Source of the DNA: Octopus sinensis
Taxonomy: Eukaryota
Reading direction: 5' to 3'
DNA length: 64,000 nt
Assembly: GCF_006345805.1 (NCBI RefSeq)
Contig: NC_042997.1
Span: forward strand, 150,288,001 to 150,352,000
The position numbers and the translations under genes are program-made. The notes below the pieces were generated by a model. It did no database searches. It was not told the origin of the DNA and saw only the letters and a program-made list of their open reading frames with translations. This document shows, piece by piece, positions 55,202-64,000 of the stretch (position 1 is its first letter; every line of letters starts with the position of its first letter).

Positions 55202-56674
55202 TGTATGTATGTATGTATGTATGTATGTGTGTGTGTGCTTTAAATGGATTTATCAGTAGTACGAGAGAAAAGTAGAGAGCATCTATGATCCGCTCGAAGA
55301 CACTCAAAAACGGTGATTTGAAGAGAGGAACTTATGAAGCCCAGAGCTTGCTTCAGAGCAGGTTTCATTAAACCAACCGAACAGTAGTTGGCCGGATAAG
55401 CTGGGTGCCGGATTAAACCTGTCACGCCAAAACAGAATTGAAATTTCGTTCACATGACTTTAGTCAAAGCGTAAGAAAGGACAAATGTTCCACGCAGTGA
55501 GATCATACCCCAAGCTCTGTCCGTGCAAAGGATCTTCCTAACAACATAGCTGTGCGTTAACCAATTTAGTAAGCATGAAATATTTAATAATCCTCGAATA
55601 TTCGTTTTAGAATGTAAGAAGACGTAAGTAAACAGAGCATAACATTTAGTCCAGTGCATGACCTTTGATTGTGACATTACAATTTTCATTCGAAGTAAAT
55701 CACTGAGTTTTAACACTGGAACGAGTCACTGAAAGTTATTGTATTGTCGAATAAATGAATTCCAATACTTTTCAGGTAATATTTTGTCGAGAGATGAATA
55801 TGATATGAATACTAACGCGATTTAAACTTGGATTCCAGACAGACGAATCAACAGGGAACTAAGAAAAAAACACAAATATTTAATATCAACAGCCACTGCT
55901 AATATATATTGCATGAATTCATAAGTAAGATTTATGTAAATTTCAGTTAGTAACTGCAGAAATAAAACTTACAAATAAAATTCTACTAAAATATTAATCA
56001 CAAATATACTTGAAATGTGTTCCAAATTAGGTACTGTTTACTGCCAGAACTCAGTTGCATATTCTTGAACGCAGTAGCAATCGAAGAAAAATATAGGAGG
56101 AAACAATTTATATAGTAAGAATAAATACATGTGTTCATCTCAATGCATATTTTGTATTTTATGCGAAAATGACATGGATTGTTCATATTTTATGTATGAT
56201 TGATCGACAGACGATATGTGAAAGCATATATATTGAAAAAATATTATTTTAAACCAAGCGGAGATATATGGAATGTATTAGATTCAAACTATCACTTCTA
56301 TCTATACCGATATAGGAAAAAATGTGACTAAACAATTTCTAGTATTGTAATTAACTGCTCGATTGAATAAATATCCGTCATATCTAGCAGAAACGAAATA
56401 GCAATATGTATATAATATTAAATGTATATACATCAAGAAAAAACAAATTTCATCGTAATTAATACAGAAACGATATGTCTTATAAGCTGTGTTTCAAAGC
56501 AATGCATATCGATACAAGACGAAAATGGTTTGTTTTCGACAAAGCCCAAGAATTTAGAAATGTAGTACGTGGCTGGCAGACGTCTATTGCTAGATTATAG
56601 TCGTCCATGAGAGACATTATCCCAGGACAAGAGCAGCAAAAAATTTGCTTTCCGCTATTTATAGATGTTAATAA

Positions 56675-56723
<49 letters not shown>

Positions 56724-56730
56724 TATACAT

Positions 56731-56944
56731 TCAAATGTTGACCGCGTGTGTACCGTTGGCGATTTTTTTCCTCCGTCTTCCCTTCTTTGGACCTTGCTTT
56801 TTCCTATGTTTTTGACGAAAAGCTCTGCTCGAAACGTTTAACCCTCCTTCTTTCCTTCATTCCTGAGCGTCCAATAATACTACAGTTGTCCCACGTCCTC
56901 GCGTTATTGTGTTTTCTCTTTGTGTTTTCATGTTTGGATTAACT
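56731..56944 (+). mobile_element. Short hammerhead-containing repeat (PLE-derived), copy 2
   Basis: Partner of 44488-44665, flanked by (TA)n on both sides. Confidence 0.8.
56808..56842 (+). ncRNA. Degenerate minimal hammerhead motif
   Basis: GUUU UUGACGA A AAGC-UCU-GCUC GAAA CG UU^UAAC. It has C3U, one stem II mismatch and one stem I mismatch. Confidence 0.5.
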
Positions 56945-57384
56945 ATATATATATATATATATATATATAATCACAGACACACGTACGTATATGGGTACAG
57001 GATGTTACCAAAGGAACAAATTGCAAGAAATACGTAAACAACGAGAAAAGTGGAAAGCATAACAAGTAAATACACAGAAAAAGACCCTTCATCAGTTGTC
57101 GGCTGTGTATCTACTCTTCATGTCGAACATTCAACGACAATATAAGTCTTCAAAAACTTTGGTCCTATAAAATCTAAAATAAAAATTTATTCATTCTAGA
57201 ATAACTAAAACAACACATAAATATATATATCTTTCCATCTATCTATGTATATATTTATTTCTCTCTCATCCACTTGCTCGCTCTCTGTCTATATATATAT
57301 GCAAAAATAAATATTTATATATTTTCCTATGCATACAGACAAAACAGATGACACAAAATTATTGATATATATGTATATATATAT

Positions 57385-57418
<34 letters not shown>

Positions 57419-57504
57419 CACAAACGCACACACAACCCTACCACCGGCAGAAAATATAAAAAGAAAAAATTCCATACACATATAATTGGTAGAAGTATAT
57501 ATAT

Positions 57505-57555
<51 letters not shown>

Positions 57556-57879
57556 ATATATATATATATATAGTATACAAAATCATTTGCTAACACTTAC
57601 AAAAAATAATAATTCTAGATAAATGCGAATGATGTGTTTCAAGTAGCTCGTTCCGTCGTAAAATCAGACACATTAAGCAATTTTATTCTTTCCGTTTGAC
57701 ACAAGAGAAACAAATACTGAATGTGGGGTAGAAAAAAAAAACTAATATGTCCATTGTATTTCCTAATAAACTACATTTCTTCTGTTTGTTCGTTATTTCT
57801 GTTAGATGTTTATGTAAGTTTATGTTCTTGTTTTATACGCCAAATATGTATTTGGTGGTGGTTTTATGCGTTATATAGT

Positions 57880-57888
57880 GATATATAG

Positions 57889-57934
<46 letters not shown>

Positions 57935-58071
57935 CTGTTTGTGTTTGTGTTTGTGTTGTCTGTGTGTTTGTGTATGCATACATATATACATATGTACATA
58001 TAAATAATTCACACAAATATATGTCCGTGAATTTGAGCCTGCATAAATATATATACATTTGCGTGCATATT

Positions 58072-58124
<53 letters not shown>

Positions 58125-58363
58125 ATATATAATATATATATATATACATATTTATATATACATATATATACACATATATTCATATATACATATATAAAGT
58201 ACATTTATATACATTTATATGCATGTATATATATATATATAAATATACACACAAGTATATACATGTATATATACATATATATGACTGAGAACTTATCTTT
58301 GTTTTATATATATATATGTATATATATTTTATGTATGTATATATGTATATGCATATATATATA

Positions 58364-58400
<37 letters not shown>
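57880..58400. repeat. Compound TA/TG/TAC low-complexity array
   Basis: Directly visible. Confidence 0.9.
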
Positions 58401-58402
<2 letters not shown>

Positions 58403-59296
58403 TACGAGAATATAACTGTTGTGAATCATTTCAAACATAAAAGCGAGCACTGAATCATTCTGAATAGTAACAAACACAATCAGTGTGTTCGGTGCAGATG
58501 ACTGGAGGATTTCACAATTTCTGGTGCTGTTAAAAATATTTTTGAAAAATAACATAGAATAACATTCATAAAAAGAACATACATCATAAATATACAACCA
58601 TAATATTCGTTTGTTTATTTTGTTTGTTCTGGGCAAAATATTTCAATGTTTGTTGATTATTTGCTTATTTCTATATATTTTTTTATATCAATTCACTTTA
58701 CTTATTTTTGTTTTTGCTGTGATTGTTACAGCAGAATTTTATTATGATATGTCCTAGTGTTTGTATGGCAGCCACATTTAGCACATGCGTGGTGGGCGAG
58801 GCAATGATGGGTGTAAAATTGAATATAACGCATGTACAACACGTGTCCTTTTACAAGTGGAAATTGATTTTAATTGACTAATGCACACTCCTTTGATTGA
58901 TTTAGTCAGTTTGGTATATAACTTTCTATTCACTTATTCCACTAATACCGTAGTTTATGTATGTGGACGACTGATTACTCAAGCTACCAAATATATTCCT
59001 CAAAGGGTTTTAAACTAGATGGCATTCTTTATTTACCTACAGACTGATGCTTTTATGAATGCTATAATGAATATTTCCAATTAAAAAAAAATGGGCCAAC
59101 AACTTCGAGGAGATGGTGGTGGGTGATACTTAAGTAGTACTTTATTTTATCCATCCATGAGAGATGAAAGGCAATGTACACCACGGCGGATTTCCACATT
59201 TGAACAAGTATTATAGTAATTATATATCTCAAGGCATTTGTCCGGCGCTTTAAAGATTCAGACAATGGACTCGCGTATGATACTTGTAATAATCCG

Positions 59297-59490
59297 TTCT
59301 ATTATAGACACAAGGATTGCAATTTTTGGTGAGAGGAAGATTGTCGATTATATCGACCCCATTGCTTGACTGATGCTTCATAGATTGACACCGAAAGGAT
59401 GGGAGGCAAAGCCGGGATAATTTGAGCCCAGAACGTAATGACGGACGAAGCACCGCTAGACATTATTTACCGGACTGCTAACGGTCTATC
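59297..59490 (-). mobile_element. SINE family A (degenerate)
   Basis: Contains the reverse complement of the family core (tcgaccccattgcttgactg...ccgaaaggatgggaggcaaag). Confidence 0.65.
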
Positions 59491-59521
59491 ACATTGCAGC
59501 TCCGTCATAGTTGTAGTAATA

Positions 59522-59727
59522 GTTTCCATTTTTGTCACTAGATCAGCAATTTTGATGAAGAGGGTAAGTCGACTATATCAACGCCAATAATCAATTGGTA
59601 CTTATTTTATCGACTCAGGAATGATGAATAGCAAAGTTTTAACTCTGAAAGTAAAGACAGACAACATATCACTAAGCCTCTCTCTAATTTTTCTCCAACG
59701 TGCTAACCATTCTGCCAGCTCACTGAC
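59522..59727 (-). mobile_element. SINE family A (degenerate)
   Basis: The reverse complement begins gtgagctggcagaatggttagcacg. Confidence 0.7.
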
Positions 59728-60144
59728 AGCTTCATGAAATGTGTATTAATGACCGCTATTATAGACAAGTACAAGTTAAAGCTGTATAACTTGCCCATAT
59801 ATTACAGATATTACAACTGAAATTAGACATATCTGTTATCATTCTACCAAAATTACCAGTCCTTTGTTATAATATTTAAGGCACCGGATCAACTTTCTGA
59901 AGATAGTGCCAGGGAAATGAAGTCGAGCATTTTTCCTTCACTGGTGCTTGTTTTCAGGTTCAAGGGCAAGTTAAACTCAACTGTATTTTACTCGAGATCG
60001 TAAATATATAAATGTACTTACATAGTAAGTGACATGATCTGAGATCGTGTGCTGGAGCGAAAACAATTGCAGCGTGGAAGGTGTTTATAAGCCATTTAAA
60101 AAACACACAAAAACTGCTAGATTCCCTTCAAAATTTAAATTTAA

Positions 60145-60195
60145 TTTGTCAAAAAAATTTCGTCGCTTTGAGACCACAACCTGTTCACTGACAAA
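60145..60195 (-). ncRNA. Non-canonical (G3-C8) minimal hammerhead motif, left arm; stem III palindrome mutated
   Basis: Minus strand: UUUGUCA GUGAACA G GUUGU-GGUCUCAAA-GCGAC GAAA UUUUUU UGACAAA. Stem I is a perfect 7 bp and stem II has two G-U wobbles. Confidence 0.55.
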
Positions 60196-60208
60196 ATTCC
60201 GTGCTGTA

Positions 60209-60259
60209 TTTATCAGTGAACAGGTCGCGATCCCAAAGCGACGAAAATATTTTGACAAA
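60209..60259 (+). ncRNA. Non-canonical (G3-C8) minimal hammerhead motif, right arm
   Basis: UUUAUCA GUGAACA G GUCGC-GAUCCCAAA-GCGAC GAAA AUAUUU^UGACAAA. Stem II is a perfect 5 bp, stem III is the palindrome AAUAUU and stem I pairs at 6 of 7 positions. Confidence 0.65.
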
Positions 60260-61325
60260 TTAAATTGAAATGTTCAAGTGAATCTAACGGCTTTTGTGTG
60301 TTTCTTAAATGGCTTATAAGCACCTTCCATGCTGCAATCGTATGGGTGTACTCTACAAAATATTTAACGATTTCATTTTACTCCAAAAATAGCTACTAAA
60401 TCTTGCTAATATCTCATCTTAGCATCTTAGAAAAAGGAAGTGCACAGTGGATTATATGCTCCCAGATAAGACTATGTCCAAAAACAATTTTAAAAGAAAG
60501 ACGTGATTATCAACGCTAGACTGTTTTGATTATATCTGTTATCTCAGAATTGCCTGAAGCGAAATAAAAACATCATATAAACTTGAACCTATATATTTTT
60601 TTTCATTTTGGCATCTCTTTCTACACTGAATTGTCAGTATCAGGATGTTATTCTTTTACCCTTCCCTAATATTTTTATGAATTATATTCTTTTACTCCCG
60701 AAGAATAATCGTCGTCGACAAGATATAAAGATATAATCTAAATGGTCGTCAATAAATACAATAATATGCACATTCTTAATTTTTTTTTATTCCATTGCTC
60801 TCAAACAACCATATGTATTTATATGACACACACACTTCTTCTTGCATAACAATAAGTATATATATACACACACACACATCTATACATTCAATTAACAAGT
60901 GTTTGTTTGTGTGTTTTCCAACATAAGGGAACGTTTTAACATTTCTTTGCTGTTTGCAGTTTCCCAGCGTTCGGTCAAAATTGTATACCGACATTAGCAA
61001 GTGGTAGTTACCATCACCTTTAGCTTGACACATTCTTCATAAAGGAAAATGGTTTGACAGTCAATGGATGGCAGCACATCGAATGGATCGTATGGTCAGG
61101 TGTCTGCAGAATATACAGCTAATTTTAAGCAGGTTAGGGAGTATATAGCCTTAATGATCGAACTGCTCGTAATTTGCAATCGAGGGAGAATCCATCATAT
61201 ATGCGTTTCCTGAGACCTGTATATACCTCTCAGTTTACAAACAACGGCAACAAGCCCAAACGTGTTTATATGCATCTATATTAAAAACACACACATACAC
61301 ACACACACACACACAACCCCTGTCC

Positions 61326-61356
<31 letters not shown>

Positions 61357-61547
61357 CTTGTTATTTGTCCTGTACTCTATTTTTTTCGTTGCTTAAGAAA
61401 ATGTCCAGTTCCTTGGTTTTGTGTTTATGTTTTCGTTTCTTATTGTGTTCGACGTTTTTTTGGTGTCCTGTACCCATATATGCATGTATATATACATGTA
61501 GAGGTAGGTACGTACATATATGTATGTATATATGCATATGTTTTATT

Positions 61548-61554
<7 letters not shown>

Positions 61555-61611
<57 letters not shown>

Positions 61612-61910
61612 GTTGTATATATATGTATATATATATGTGTATATATATATATTATGTATATATATATATATGTATATATATATATGTATATATATATATG
61701 TATATATATATATTATGTATATATATATATATGTATTATATATATATATATAGTATATATATATATAATATATATATATGTATATATATATATTATATAT
61801 TATATATGTATATATATATATATACATTGTAAATAAATATATGGGAACATTTGTACATTTATATATATGTATGTGTGTGTCTCTAATATGTTATATACAT
61901 ATATATATAT

Positions 61911-61953
<43 letters not shown>

Positions 61954-61990
61954 TGTGCGTGTGTGTATGCGTAAATACATATGTATACAT
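61555..61990. repeat. Degenerate (TA)n/(TATG)n array
   Basis: Directly visible. Confidence 0.95.
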
Positions 61991-62542
61991 GTATGCGCGT
62001 ATATTGGTATGTTTCTATATGCATTGGTCACATATTACATCTATATTTGTTTCTTGTTGTCTTTCTCCTATTGTTAACTCTCTCCAAGCTATTTCTCTTA
62101 CTTCGGTGTTCCACTTGGCGTACTCTTTCTCCTACATACACCAAATTTTATCTCCTGTCTTTTCTCTAAATTCATTCATCTATTGTGTTTTTTACAATTC
62201 TGTTCCAAACGAACAAAAATATGACTCTCAATGTCTCTTCATCCTCCCTTCCCTTACTCGTATTCTAATAAATTTCCTCATAAAGATTTCTTTATAGTAG
62301 TATTTTTTCTTCTCAAACAATTCATACATAGTTCATTCCACTTTTCTCCTGCCTTTTGAATATATTTGACCCGTTATTTTCTCATACTTCCACGCTTTCT
62401 TACTCCTTCCCTCTATCTCTCTGTATATATATATCTGTCGATCAATATATCTCTCCCTGTCTCACTCATCACCATTCGAGTAGATTTTCACTCTGAGACA
62501 CAAACTCACATATATATCACGAGATATTTCATGTGTGTCTGC

Positions 62543-62625
<83 letters not shown>

Positions 62626-62844
62626 TATAAAACAGAGCCAAATTAACCAATATATATATTCATACACACACATATATATACACACATCTGCAAACGTGCA
62701 CATAGAGACTTCTATAAGTTTATTTACAAAATATTTTCAAAACACGGGTGAAAGAGGAGGCCAATAGTAGTTTTAGGGCACGAAACTATCTATAGACAAC
62801 ATCCATGGTTTGTAATTCATATCGATATATTACTATATTTGTTT

Positions 62845-63045
62845 GTGTAAGCATACACACCCAGTACCATATGTGTGAGCGTATATATATATATATATAC
62901 ATATATATAATATTTTTATGTAAGCATATATAAGTGTATAGGTACGCATGCATTATAAATATATATGTGTGTATATATATATATGTATGTATGTATATAT
63001 GTATGTATATCTGAGGAAACCAACCCACCCATATACAGGGTTTCC
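62845..63045 (+). mobile_element. Probable PLE-derived repeat ending in a half hammerhead
   Basis: AUAU CUGAGGA A at 63007-63018, followed by a potential ACCC/GGGU stem (63023-63041). The GAAA half of the core is absent. Confidence 0.3.
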
Positions 63046-64000
63046 TTGCACGAGGTGATTTTTTTGGTTTCTTCACTAACGCCTAGGCTTGGACAAGGTT
63101 TCTTTGTTTTACTTTCAGAAGAAAGACTAACTGTGTGTACGTTTGTGTGTAGGTGTCAATACGTATATTATGTGTGTGTCTATGTGTTACTATGTATGCG
63201 AAGAAAGAGAACATATTATTAATGACTTCCGTGCCCTACTTTTGGAATGCAGAAAAGGAGGAACTGCTGCTCCCTTCTCAGTAATCTCCATTCTCTTTTT
63301 TTATTAATTTGATTCTGAAAACTTAATTTGTGATTTCGTCTTCCTCTCACTAATATTATTAATATTTCCTCGGTGTCTCTCATCTTATTACTTTTTGTCT
63401 GCAACGTTGTCTCATAGTATCGTTGTAGTCTGCTCAATTGAATCTATTAACACTCATCATATCTCTCAGCGATCTTTGTCGTTCAGTATTTATCAATACC
63501 TACTGTCTCTTTCTAGATCTCCGACGAAGCCCCTTCATAACAAAAATAAAAAAAAATCCCGCCACATCGAAATTGCAACTTTTTATCTATGCCTTTATAC
63601 ATCCACTAGAAACAAAGGGATATCTAGTACATTGAGCGCAACTATAGAATAAAATGACATTTCATTCGCTTCCCGTCTCGAGACTAAAAGACAGACTATA
63701 CATATCCATCCTTGGAATATTTCCTTATCGCGAGCAGCCATTGAATATTTCCACTCTGCTACCACCACTATTGCCTAAGTTTCATTTTATTCAACTCTAC
63801 ACAGACTCTTGTTCAATTTCTTCCCCACTTCTTCCTTTCTCTCCTTCTCCCTGTCTCTTCAGTTCCATCCAAAATCCTCTCAGAATTTCTATGTCATTAT
63901 AAAAATGTCTTGCAATAAAAGTCTTTAACAAATAGCTCAAATCTACAATGACACTAAATCGATACCAATAACAGACTCTTTCACCTCAGTGTACGTACAA

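Larger units (their letters stand above)
60066..60338. mobile_element. Foldback element with 126-bp arms, a 21-bp spacer and two divergent hammerhead motifs
   Basis: 60066-60191 versus the reverse complement of 60213-60338 shows 16 mismatches and no indels. Confidence 0.9.

Noticed and set aside
57080-57100. CUGAUGAA on the minus strand (possible hammerhead)
   Set aside because: There is no stem II partner or GAAA downstream, so only half a core is present.

Overview
This 64-kb window is very AT-rich, gene-poor animal DNA dominated by compound microsatellites ((TA)n, (CA)n, (ATT)n, (TAC)n, (GA)n) and short interspersed repeats. Its repeat families and composition resemble an octopus (coleoid cephalopod) genome, which is an inference. 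Almost all ORFs in the supplied track are microsatellite translations and are not genes. I found no confidently identifiable protein-coding gene. The best candidate is one splice-bounded exon on the minus strand (23295-23520). Well-supported features are three tRNA-derived SINE families (about 20 copies), an internally deleted mariner transposon, three non-autonomous Helitrons sharing one 3' end, several local duplications, and Penelope-like (PLE) retroelement remnants. The most striking signal is a set of minimal type-I hammerhead ribozyme motifs in three different repeat families. All share a 1-nt insert after A9 and a palindromic mini stem III. One family is a 273-bp foldback element carrying two divergent hammerheads in which the core C3-G8 pair is swapped to G3-C8. 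All alignments and folds were done by eye and no database searches were run.
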